A stretch of 64,000 bases of DNA, from the NCBI GenBank assembly GCA_964567095.1, contig CAZMKN010000001.1, positions 11,675 through 75,674 of the forward strand, in the 5' to 3' direction. Position numbers and translations under genes: made by a program. The stretch comes from an uncultured Candidatus Saccharibacteria bacterium (lineage in GTDB: Bacteria; Patescibacteriota; WWE3; UBA101185; UBA10185). The notes below the pieces were generated by a model. The model searched no databases, was not told the DNA's origin, and saw nothing but the letters and a program-made list of their open reading frames with translations. Of this stretch, positions 27,609 through 36,400 are shown one piece after another; positions within the stretch are counted from its first letter, which is position 1, and each line of letters opens with the position of its first letter.

Positions 27609-28064
27609 TTAAAGTAGATAATTTTGGATGAACTTTCTGAATACTTCCTTGGTGATGAGCACTCTTTTCGAATATTTCTTTGTACTAAATATAACTAGGT
27701 TTAATTTTCTACATAATTTATATGATTTTATTTTTGTACTGCTATCGATTAAGTGGACATCAGCTAAATGTTCCACGGGGGATCTTGTTATATTGGAAGC
27801 CTTTTCAAGAGCTTCGAATATATGTATTGTTGTTATTCCATACACTAACCACATTTCAGTAGTAAAGAAAAGCATTGCTATTAGGATTGCTATGGCTAAA
27901 GACCAGACGCCAAAAGATGGAAAGCTGATTAAACTTAAGGATACACCAAGTGCAGTCAAACCTCGTTGTCTAACTAGTATTGGCCTGTTTTTGTGTAAGG
28001 GTAATACAAAATAATAAGCTGCTAATGTAATCACGCCTACACATGCAAAATAGAAAACTACCAT
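27609..28064 (-). CDS. small membrane protein (151 aa, ~4 TM)
   Basis: Hydrophobic ORF that is co-oriented with, and tightly spaced to, the lipid operon. Confidence 0.4.
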   Translation of the reverse strand: MVVFYFACVGVITLAAYYFVLPLHKNRPILVRQRGLTALGVSLSLISFPSFGVWSLAIAILIAMLFFTTEMWLVYGITTIHIFEALEKASNITRSPVEHLADVHLIDSSTKIKSYKLCRKLNLVIFSTKKYSKRVLITKEVFRKFIQNYLL

Positions 28065-28088
28065 AATATTATTCTATGTTACTTTGTT

Positions 28089-28982
28089 TCATACGCAAAA
28101 TATAGTGATCGTCGTGTAAGTTAGTATTATGTAGAGAAGTGTGGTGGATCTATAAAGTTTTGCGAAGAGAGTATCTTTTGAGATTGCGTATATAAGTCCC
28201 ACAAAACCCATTACCACAGTAAAAATAACGATTAAATTTATATTAAGTGCAACTGGTACCTTATCTAGAAACAGTATGTTAAGTGCAGCCATTAACATTA
28301 CTAATAGAACCGCGCCCAATTTCCCAAATACTTTAGAATATGAGTTTAAGTTTTTCTTTTCTTCACTTTGGGCATAAGTTTTTCTACCAAACTCAAAAAT
28401 ATTGAATATAAACCATCCTCCGAACGAAAAATATAGTAAATCAAGCGAAAAGTCCGCGGGATCGTTAGCAAACAGAGCGATAAATAGAGTTTGTGATATA
28501 AGTATCACTATAAAAGTGTGAGTTATAGCATATGTAGTAAGGTGTGCTCTCAGCCATTCTTTTAAGAAGAACTCTTTATACATTAGTAAAGAATAGCCAA
28601 TAGTAATTAAACAGAGTAATAAAGGTTGTTTACCGTAGAACGAGAATATAAGAATTTCTACTATAATGAGGAAAAGTATGACCTGTTTAATCTCCCTTTT
28701 ATGAAGAAACCCTCGGGGCACGGGTCTTTCAGGATGAAAATTTTTGTCAAACTCAATATCTTTAATTTCATCATATAAACGTAAGATGAAGAAAAAAAGC
28801 GCAACTGCTAAAAATAATGGTATTAAGTGAAGAAAATCAGAGTACGATTCATGGAGGTCAGTAGCTATAAGATGGGTATACAAAGTGTAATGACTACCAA
28901 TAAAAACTACGATCATTGGGAAATGGTATAGGGGATTAAAACGTTCCATAATGAATTGTATCCATCTACTTAAGCTTTTCAT
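28089..28982 (-). CDS. UbiA-family aromatic/isoprenoid prenyltransferase
   Basis: Polytopic protein with LYDEIKDIEFDKNFHPERPVPRG, an Asp-rich motif plus the RP(L/V)P(S/R)G signature of UbiA enzymes. Confidence 0.6.
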   Translation of the reverse strand: MKSLSRWIQFIMERFNPLYHFPMIVVFIGSHYTLYTHLIATDLHESYSDFLHLIPLFLAVALFFFILRLYDEIKDIEFDKNFHPERPVPRGFLHKREIKQVILFLIIVEILIFSFYGKQPLLLCLITIGYSLLMYKEFFLKEWLRAHLTTYAITHTFIVILISQTLFIALFANDPADFSLDLLYFSFGGWFIFNIFEFGRKTYAQSEEKKNLNSYSKVFGKLGAVLLVMLMAALNILFLDKVPVALNINLIVIFTVVMGFVGLIYAISKDTLFAKLYRSTTLLYIILTYTTITIFCV

Positions 28983-30621
28983 TTAGCTCCTGTCGCAAAT
29001 CATTGTAGTTAACTTTGCTGTGATGTCTAACATCCATGGGTATCTTTTCTAAGTACACTACTTTATCAAGTGGAATTTTGGCGTCTCTGAAAGTTTTAAA
29101 AATCGTGTCTTTGCACTTATTTTTATCCTTGTTGTTCTCATTAAGTGTCACAACAGCCGTAATAGTTTGTTTGTTTTTACAATTTAGGTCTATATAAGCA
29201 GCATTAGAAACAAAGGATAGGTTTTTTAGTAAAATTTCTGGTTGAACAGGAAACAGATAATCATTTTTATATTTAATTACATTGTGTTTTCTTCCCACTA
29301 TCCATAAGGAATCGTTGTCGTCTATTCTGGCTAAATCTCCTGTGCGATGCCAAATAGCCCCATTTTTATCTATAATTTTCGAACGAGTAAATGCTTCGGC
29401 GTTTTTATAGTATTCTTTGCAGACATTTTCACCTGTAACCACAAGTTCACCCACTTCTCCTTTTTTCACTTTTAGTGTAGATAAATCTGTAGGTTCATTA
29501 AAACATTTTGTGCCTATGTTTATAAATTCATATTTTAAGTGCTCATCGATTTTGCCAACATTCACACCTTTTTTTGTTACGTTTTTTATTTTGGAAGACT
29601 CAGTACTAAGCATTTCTTTTGCTTCGATATAAGAAATTGGTTCTACTTCAGTGGATCCGTATAGTATCCAATTTTTTGAGTTTGGTGTTATTTCTGTAAA
29701 ATTTGAAATATCTGTTTCACTTATAGGTGCGCCCCCAGTTAATACTCTGGAGATATTTTGTAAAGATTTATTATTTTTGTTGCAATATTTAGTTAAACTT
29801 TTGAGAGATGATGGTGCAAGTGTCATACAAGTGACTTTACATTCTTCAATTTGAGATAGGAGTATTTCAGGATCTTTTGGAGTGGGACGACTGACATCTA
29901 TTGCTGGGATAACCGTTGATATACCAGATGCTAGGTTGTTTAAAGTGAAAACTGGAAATACAGGTAAATCAATATCACTGTTTTTGTAAGGAAATAATCT
30001 TTTCAGAGCACAATGCTGTGCGCAAAGAAATCTGTGTGTTCTGTTCACTCCCTTTGGCGTTCCTGAACTACCTGTCGTGTATGTTAAAAGGCCTGTTTGT
30101 TCTTGGTTAACGGGCTGTATTTTATGAGGAGCATTGTCTAGCAATCCTTTAGTGTTTTGTGAATCCAAAGCCCAAAAGTTGTTGTTTGATATTTGAATCT
30201 TAGTTTTAAGATTATTGAAATACTCTTTAAATACGGGTAGCCACGTATCTAACGATATGATGCCAACAGGATTGGCATTTTTCATTATGGAAATCAACCG
30301 GTCCTTACGAGTTATGGAATCTATGAGAACTGGAACTGCTCCAAGAACCTGTAATCCCACTAGAGCTATATACAATTCAACCGAAATTGGCGCCACAACA
30401 ATCATATTTTCGTTCTGTTTTATTCCAAGGTTGTGTAAGCTTTTAGCAAATCTAATTGTTTTATCGTATAGCTGGGCATATGTAATTTGTTCATAACTGG
30501 TAGGAGATTTATTAGATTTGAAATAGAATGCAACCTTATCACCATTATCTTGTGCATGTTTTTTTAGAAAATAAGCCACATTGTTTTTAATACTTAATGT
30601 TGGATGGTGACCTGTTTTCAT
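28966..30621 (-). CDS. acyl-AMP ligase (ANL/AMP-binding superfamily; fatty acyl-AMP ligase-like)
   Basis: AMP-binding motif LTYTTGSSGTPKGV. The start at ATG 30621 overlaps the upstream stop (ATGA). The N-terminus resembles FAAL. Confidence 0.7.
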   Translation of the reverse strand: MKTGHHPTLSIKNNVAYFLKKHAQDNGDKVAFYFKSNKSPTSYEQITYAQLYDKTIRFAKSLHNLGIKQNENMIVVAPISVELYIALVGLQVLGAVPVLIDSITRKDRLISIMKNANPVGIISLDTWLPVFKEYFNNLKTKIQISNNNFWALDSQNTKGLLDNAPHKIQPVNQEQTGLLTYTTGSSGTPKGVNRTHRFLCAQHCALKRLFPYKNSDIDLPVFPVFTLNNLASGISTVIPAIDVSRPTPKDPEILLSQIEECKVTCMTLAPSSLKSLTKYCNKNNKSLQNISRVLTGGAPISETDISNFTEITPNSKNWILYGSTEVEPISYIEAKEMLSTESSKIKNVTKKGVNVGKIDEHLKYEFINIGTKCFNEPTDLSTLKVKKGEVGELVVTGENVCKEYYKNAEAFTRSKIIDKNGAIWHRTGDLARIDDNDSLWIVGRKHNVIKYKNDYLFPVQPEILLKNLSFVSNAAYIDLNCKNKQTITAVVTLNENNKDKNKCKDTIFKTFRDAKIPLDKVVYLEKIPMDVRHHSKVNYNDLRQELNEKLK

Positions 30622-31358
30622 AAAATCATACCTTTTTTTTGAAATATTTTTATCTGTTCTAAACTTGGTGTTGAAGTTATTTTTGGAGTGATGCAATTGT
30701 TTGGAGTTCCTGTTGGTAATTTTCCTGTTTGATCTATTTTATTGATAAAGCTAACTACAGCCTCTTTTTCTTTTTGAGCACAAGTTTTTAGATATTTGAT
30801 ATAGTTTCTTTCGGGTTTAATTTTTTCCGTATAGTAAATACTACCCCTGTCAATTTTTTTAACCATTTTATGAATAGAAAAACCGGTATCTTTATTTTCT
30901 GCCAGGGCATTGAGATCACAAAATAATCCTTTTTGTTTTGGTAATAATCCGTGATGTACATTTACACAACCTAATCTTGGAATGTTTAAAATTTTGTTTT
31001 TAAATATACATCTAGTACGCATGTTGATAACTATGTCCGGTTTTAAAGAGTTAACCCAAGATACTGCGGTACGACTATTAACATCAGAAATGTTTACAAA
31101 TGGTATTGCGTATTTCTCAAGCATTCTTTCTTTAGTTTTAGAGATTGAACTTATAATATTTCTAAAAAGGGTTTTTGCTATATTTTTGCATCCAGCAAGA
31201 TAAAGATATGGTATTTTAGTAAATATTCTGCCTTTATTAATATCCACTAAAACCACTCCTGCCAAGTGATTTTTTGATCTGGAGAGTATAAAATCTAGTA
31301 CATCCCTATAATTGTTTGGCGCATAAGTGATGCTGGATGTTACTAAAACTATTCTCAT
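30618..31358 (-). CDS. formyltransferase-domain protein (Fmt/ArnA N-domain-like)
   Basis: MRIVLVTSS... Rossmann start and CVNVHHGLLPKQKGL, which corresponds to the formyl-transferase N(I/V)H.SLLP..RG motif. Confidence 0.6.
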   Translation of the reverse strand: MRIVLVTSSITYAPNNYRDVLDFILSRSKNHLAGVVLVDINKGRIFTKIPYLYLAGCKNIAKTLFRNIISSISKTKERMLEKYAIPFVNISDVNSRTAVSWVNSLKPDIVINMRTRCIFKNKILNIPRLGCVNVHHGLLPKQKGLFCDLNALAENKDTGFSIHKMVKKIDRGSIYYTEKIKPERNYIKYLKTCAQKEKEAVVSFINKIDQTGKLPTGTPNNCITPKITSTPSLEQIKIFQKKGMIL

Positions 31359-31360
31359 GT

Positions 31361-32446
31361 TTATAATTTTCTATATATACCAAAGGAATACATTTGGATT
31401 TTTTCTTGTCTAATCAAATTTTTATAATCATTAGTAATATCAACGTAACCATTTTCATTTAATTTCTCTGGTATTCTCATATAATAGCGGTTGACTATAA
31501 TCCCGCCTGGAGAAATACTGTCGCGAATTTCTTGAAGAAAGTTTTGTTCTTGAGGTGGTTTTAGATAGGATGGAATATCAGACATCGACAAAAAAGTGGT
31601 TGGTTCGGGCGTGTTTTTGGTTACTTCTATAATATTTTGATGTTTATAGTTAATATTTGTTTTTTCTAAAGCATTTTTAGCACTCAAAAAAATATCTATA
31701 TCTGCCTCCAGTGGAGCTCCCTCAAGAAATTTAATTTCTCCAAAAAAAAGTAACTGCAAAAAATAATTATGGCTAACTAACCCTTGCTTAAACAAGTTGT
31801 CGAATCTTTCCAAATAGAATTTTTGATAGGTCCCACCAATATTCTTTTTGGGGAAATCACCTCTATATAATAATGTATTAAAGACAGCGGCATTTCCTAG
31901 TAAGTAAACTGCTAAGGACCAATTTCTCTTGGGAAATTTAGAAGAAAAATATATTTTCTGTTCTTCTAACGTTTTACACGAAAATACATCCAGTCCTTTT
32001 TTTCCAACTAAACCCCTTACAATCTTACTTAATTTCTTAAAAGTTTTTTCCCATTTTCCTACGTATAGGATAGGATTCCAATTATTTGTGTTAAATATAT
32101 TAGAGGTAATATTTTTAGCATCAGGTGATAAGGCAAGATTTTCGAATATATCGCGTCTTTCTTTATTGCACATGGTGCCTTTTGTGTACCCCCAAAATGC
32201 TAGAAACTTTTGGTGAGTTAAATATTTGACTGTGGCTAAACGTAACTCTACTAGAGCCAGCTGTTCTATTGAAAGATCAACGCAGGTAAGTTGTTGTGGG
32301 GATTTTGCGAGTAAAGGGATTATTCTTGAACCGCTACCGGCGGCAGCAATTACATGCCGTGTTTTTTTCGGAAGTAACTCCCACTCAAGCGTAGTATCTT
32401 CATTTCCCAGAGTGTAATTTAGTGCGTTGAAAAATCCATCTTTCAT
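31361..32446 (-). CDS. DUF3419 / BtaA-like SAM-dependent (3-amino-3-carboxypropyl)transferase-like protein
   Basis: HVIAAAGSGSRIIPLL...LTCVDLSIEQLALVELRLA...FLAFWGY parallels the BtaA signature (itSaGcN...VDlNpaQ.aLLELK...F..FfG). The assignment is from memory of that family. Confidence 0.45.
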   Translation of the reverse strand: MKDGFFNALNYTLGNEDTTLEWELLPKKTRHVIAAAGSGSRIIPLLAKSPQQLTCVDLSIEQLALVELRLATVKYLTHQKFLAFWGYTKGTMCNKERRDIFENLALSPDAKNITSNIFNTNNWNPILYVGKWEKTFKKLSKIVRGLVGKKGLDVFSCKTLEEQKIYFSSKFPKRNWSLAVYLLGNAAVFNTLLYRGDFPKKNIGGTYQKFYLERFDNLFKQGLVSHNYFLQLLFFGEIKFLEGAPLEADIDIFLSAKNALEKTNINYKHQNIIEVTKNTPEPTTFLSMSDIPSYLKPPQEQNFLQEIRDSISPGGIIVNRYYMRIPEKLNENGYVDITNDYKNLIRQEKIQMYSFGIYRKL

Positions 32447-32469
32447 AAATAGATAATATCATTCGTGTT

Positions 32470-33639
32470 TTAAACTTTAATATGTTCTAGGATATTTTCT
32501 TTTGCATATGTGTTTATAGAATGCAGGAATTTACGCGTTATCTTTGGGGGATTTCCTAAGTATTTTTGGGCATTAATTCTGTCAAAAAAATATCTTTTAC
32601 TGACATAGGGTATATACCAACTGACATGTTTTGTATATTTACGAATAGGAAATACCAAAACATATAATAAATGAATGAGTGACTTGAATACCCAGGACGT
32701 AACTGGTATTAGCTTAGTTTTATTAATCCCCATATCATACAAAATGTTCTTTAATACAAAATTAAATTCTGGAGGTTCCGGATGCGTAAGATTAAGTGTA
32801 ATACCTTTTAGATTATTTTTGCAAGATACAACCATAGAATTAATAACATAATCAATTGGTATCATATTAACTCTACCTGTTTTAGGATATGGAATAACTA
32901 ACCATGGGAGATCCAGAACATTCTCAGATTTATGGTAATTGGTTCCTAATAAATCTAATATTTTCGCTGGTAATTTATCCTTTTGCAAAGAACCAATAAC
33001 GCTCTTTTTTAGAAAGTGGAACATAAAAGTAAAACGATAATACCCAAAAGTGCAACCCTCGGCTTTTCCAATATAAGCATCCCCGATAATAATAGAAGGT
33101 CTGAAAATCACATACGGTAAATCACAGTTTTCGCGAACATATTGTTCCCCCCTTAATTTTGATTTTTCATATTGGTTTCTATGTTTCTGTCCCACATCCA
33201 ATTCCTCTTCTGTAAATGAGTAGTGATTTCCACAAACATATGCAGTACTCATATGCATAAACTTAACACCTGTTTTATTTGCAAAATCAACCACATTTAC
33301 AGTTCCCTCGTAGTTTGTTTTATTCACTGTAGATTTATCTGATTTAGAAAATGATAAGTTTGCAGCAAGGTGCCAGAATACTGTGTCATTGTGTTTCAGT
33401 TCATTACAAATTTCTTTTGAAATGCCCAGGTTTTGATCTAATATATCTCCCTTCAGAACTTTAAAGTTATTAGGATACTTTGTTAACTGTTTACTAAATA
33501 TTTTTTTTGCTCTCATTTCAACGGTGCTACCATCTAGATTTCTTATTATTATCCAAACTGTTTCTCCTTCGTTTAGGAGAGCACTAACCAGGTTTCTTCC
33601 AACAAAGCCTGTGGCACCTGTTACAAAGTGTATTTTCAT
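32470..33639 (-). CDS. NAD(P)-dependent thioester/fatty-acyl reductase (NAD_binding_4, 'male sterility' family)
   Basis: MKIHFVTGATGFVGRNLVSALL Rossmann motif, a catalytic YxxxK region and a C-terminal extension as found in fatty-acyl reductases. Confidence 0.6.
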   Translation of the reverse strand: MKIHFVTGATGFVGRNLVSALLNEGETVWIIIRNLDGSTVEMRAKKIFSKQLTKYPNNFKVLKGDILDQNLGISKEICNELKHNDTVFWHLAANLSFSKSDKSTVNKTNYEGTVNVVDFANKTGVKFMHMSTAYVCGNHYSFTEEELDVGQKHRNQYEKSKLRGEQYVRENCDLPYVIFRPSIIIGDAYIGKAEGCTFGYYRFTFMFHFLKKSVIGSLQKDKLPAKILDLLGTNYHKSENVLDLPWLVIPYPKTGRVNMIPIDYVINSMVVSCKNNLKGITLNLTHPEPPEFNFVLKNILYDMGINKTKLIPVTSWVFKSLIHLLYVLVFPIRKYTKHVSWYIPYVSKRYFFDRINAQKYLGNPPKITRKFLHSINTYAKENILEHIKV

Positions 33640-34283
33640 AAAATAAAGTATAGAACAATGCCGGAGGAAATTGGAATGAAAACATTATCCCACCCTTTGC
33701 TAAAAAGACTTTCCACTAAGGTTACTGCAAGAGTGCCCATAAGAACTGCTTGAATTTTGTTTAATGAGAAATTACTCTCGTGGATTAGTAAACTACTGAA
33801 AATAAAAAGGGTCACCAGAAAAAAGGTTAAACTACCTTCTACAGTCTTTAAACCGGTAAGATTATATTTGTGTTTTCCATACCTATTACCTATTATTCCT
33901 GCCATTCCGTCCGAGAAGCCAAGGATAAGGATCGCACCCTGAAATATTACTGGGTTATATGACCAAAATAATAGAGCCACAAAAATAATAGTAATTGGAA
34001 ATAAAAAAGCCCCATGACTACCAGTGTCGTTTTCGTGTACACTTTTCAAAACTTTATAACGTTTTGAAAATAAAAGAAGTAAAAAGAAAAAGATGCCAAG
34101 TACTACAACACCTTGCAGGTTAATAAACAGTGGCATAAGTGCAGCAACGATACTCCCACCAATGTGTACGACTTTTCGAGTTATGTAGGGAGCAACATTC
34201 CTCTTATAAAGAACCTCTCCAATTCCAAAAACAATAAGATATAAAATTACTATTAATAAAAAGTTAATATTGAGTATATTCAT
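33636..34283 (-). CDS. CTP-dependent polyprenol/phytol/dolichol kinase-like membrane protein (CdsA/CTP_transf_1 superfamily)
   Basis: RKVVHIGGS and GNRYGKHKYNLTGLKTVEGSLTFF, the latter matching the G..K...KT.EG signature shared by phytol/dolichol kinases and CdsA. Confidence 0.45.
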   Translation of the reverse strand: MNILNINFLLIVILYLIVFGIGEVLYKRNVAPYITRKVVHIGGSIVAALMPLFINLQGVVVLGIFFFLLLLFSKRYKVLKSVHENDTGSHGAFLFPITIIFVALLFWSYNPVIFQGAILILGFSDGMAGIIGNRYGKHKYNLTGLKTVEGSLTFFLVTLFIFSSLLIHESNFSLNKIQAVLMGTLAVTLVESLFSKGWDNVFIPISSGIVLYFIL

Positions 34284-34284
34284 A

Positions 34285-35877
34285 TCAGATTTTTACCTTT
34301 CCTTCATGCAAATCTAGAGTTATTTCTACACCACTCTTAATAAAACTAGTTATTTTTTCAACTCCTACAATACAGGGTATATTTAATTCACGTGCGACAA
34401 TAGCTGCATGTGATAGCATTCCCCCTCTCTCTACAACTATGCCTCTTAGCAAAGGAAATACTATAGTCCACCCGGGATCTGTTTGTCGGGTGACCAGGAT
34501 TTTACCCTCAAAATCAGCTGTTGGGTCGAAATCCATAAGGGATAAAGAAACTCCTGTTACCACCTTTGTATTTACAGGTCGCGAGGCAACTCTTCCAATA
34601 AATGTGCGTTTTTCGGGAGCTTTCGTTACCAATTTTGCTTTAAGCAGTTCTTTTTCAAGCTGCATCACAGTCTTTATAGTCTCAAACCTATGAGCAAGAT
34701 CAATTTTGCCCCATTTATTAAATTCCTTTTTTCTACGTGTTACGCATCTTAAAGTATCTATTTTTTTATTACCGTTAATGATGTCGAAAATCTCATCAAT
34801 CCTTAAGAAATAGATATCACGTTTATTATTGATGATTTGTTCTTTTTCAAATCTGATACCTATATTTATAAAAATTTCTCTTATCAACCCAAAGATCAGT
34901 GTTCTTTTAAATCGAGATTCTTCTCTTCTTTTAATTGAGTTATCAGCCCATTTTAACAACCATTTTAGAAAAATCCTTCTAAAAAGGTTCAAACTTTTTA
35001 GCTTATTGTGATTTACTGAGTTTTTACTGATTTTCTTATTTATTGATTTAACTTGTAATAGTGACTGAAGCAATAATATTAGATTTTCGGGTTTTTCATT
35101 TAGTGTCTCAGACTCTAATTTTAGCTCGTTTGGTATTCTGGTACCAAAATTTTCAATATAACTTCTGATATCAACACTGACCTGTTGTTCTGAATAAATG
35201 TTTTCTAGAGAATTAACTATCTTGTGTGGTTCGTTTTCGGAAAACAACTTTTTTAATTTCGGATTTTCCTTTATTAACGAAATGATATTTGCTAATTTTT
35301 TACCCGGATCGAGAGTTACCAATGGGGTATTTGTATCTGATCTCATATACATATAAGCATCTGATGAATTTAGCCAGGATTTGAACAGTTTATCTGCTGC
35401 CCCCGTGCTTACCATTACAGCAAAATCATTTGCAATTGGAGCCCGCCAACGTGATAGGAGTTTTTTTGCTGCTTCATTGTATATACTCATCAATTCTTTT
35501 GTGTTTAGTTTAGTCAAATCTATAGAATTTAATTTTGAGTAAACTTTATTAAAATAAGAGTTAAACCTGGGTACAGTAAATTTTAGTGAACCGAAAGTAA
35601 TTGAAATACGAAAAAATTGATACACAGTCTTGGGCAGGTAAATAAGATTCTTTCTGAAAAAAGTGAGTGGAGTATTCTCATCATTGTTGTCGAAAGTTTT
35701 CCTAATTGTTACACCCATCATTTTTTCCATAAATTCACTACTTAATTTATGAGCAGGAAAAAAAGAAAGCATTTTGTACCAACTACTCAGGTTGTAGTAG
35801 ATTCTGTATCCGATAAATTCCACCATACATTCAAACATGGGTTTATTGTCTTTGATGACCCTTTCACTAGCCCCCAT
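34285..35877 (-). CDS. PEP-utilising-enzyme mobile (swivel His) domain protein, PEP synthase/rifampin-phosphotransferase-like
   Basis: The C-terminal GGMLSHAAIVARELNIPCIVGVE is the phospho-His swivel-domain signature. The ~420 aa N-terminal region is unassigned. Confidence 0.55.
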   Translation of the reverse strand: MGASERVIKDNKPMFECMVEFIGYRIYYNLSSWYKMLSFFPAHKLSSEFMEKMMGVTIRKTFDNNDENTPLTFFRKNLIYLPKTVYQFFRISITFGSLKFTVPRFNSYFNKVYSKLNSIDLTKLNTKELMSIYNEAAKKLLSRWRAPIANDFAVMVSTGAADKLFKSWLNSSDAYMYMRSDTNTPLVTLDPGKKLANIISLIKENPKLKKLFSENEPHKIVNSLENIYSEQQVSVDIRSYIENFGTRIPNELKLESETLNEKPENLILLLQSLLQVKSINKKISKNSVNHNKLKSLNLFRRIFLKWLLKWADNSIKRREESRFKRTLIFGLIREIFINIGIRFEKEQIINNKRDIYFLRIDEIFDIINGNKKIDTLRCVTRRKKEFNKWGKIDLAHRFETIKTVMQLEKELLKAKLVTKAPEKRTFIGRVASRPVNTKVVTGVSLSLMDFDPTADFEGKILVTRQTDPGWTIVFPLLRGIVVERGGMLSHAAIVARELNIPCIVGVEKITSFIKSGVEITLDLHEGKVKI

Positions 35878-36136
35878 TAAACGAGAGAAATGTTGGTATA
35901 CCTCTTGATAAACGTATCGTACAAAAGAAAATGTAAGGGGCGTAGTAACACCCGAGTAACTTTCGGCAATATTAGAATTATCGTAAATTATTTTATTATT
36001 TTTATCGCTTATTAAAACATTATAACTTAGTATCCTAGTGGCATTTACTGTTTTTTAGAACTTTCCATATTTTTCAAGATTCCTCCAGATAATCCGTTAT
36101 TGATAGCATATACGTGTTTTAACATCGCTAGAATAT

Positions 36137-36170
36137 CAAGCAAAACCAAGCAAAACCAAGCAAAACAGAG
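36137..36170. repeat. short tandem repeat (CAAAACCAAG x3, last copy degenerate)
   Basis: caag-caaaaccaag-caaaaccaag-caaaacagag. Confidence 0.5.
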
Positions 36171-36253
36171 GCTCGGGAGTTGGATTATTGGAATGGGTTT
36201 TATCAAACCACTAAAAGGTGTTTTAGGCATCATGGTCGTTCTGATGCCCATTC

Positions 36254-36332
36254 TGGTCGGGGTGACTGGACTTGAACCAGCGAAACCTCCCGGCCCCCAG
36301 CCGGGCGCTCTAGCCAACTGAGCTACACCCCG
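36254..36332 (-). tRNA. tRNA-Pro (anticodon GGG), CCA encoded
   Basis: Minus strand reads CGGGGUG-UA-GCUC-AGUUGGCUA-GAGC-G-CCCGG-CUGGGGG-CCGGG-AGGUUUC-GCUGG-UUCAAGU-CCAGU-CACCCCG-A-CCA. It has a 7-bp acceptor with C1:G72 and A73 (both typical of Pro), G37, and a T-loop UUCAAGU. Confidence 0.8.
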
Positions 36333-36400
36333 TCAACAGAAGGGATTATATCATAGTAAGATCCTTGACTCTTTCGGTATTTCTTCGTATAATCATTCCA

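Noticed and set aside
36137-36170. Tandem 10-mers as a possible CRISPR array
   Set aside because: There are only ~3 contiguous 10-nt units with no spacers and no cas genes. This is a simple tandem repeat, not CRISPR.
26388-36253. Integrase/recombinase or transposase expected within the tRNA-bounded island
   Set aside because: No ORF with tyrosine/serine recombinase or DDE motifs (R..H..RHY, DDE) was found in any frame >60 aa. The island call therefore rests on the att-like repeat and composition only.
36045-36321. ORFs 36045-36317 (-) and 36100-36321 (+)
   Set aside because: Both overlap the tRNA-Pro gene and the tandem-repeat spacer. No RBS or protein signatures support them.
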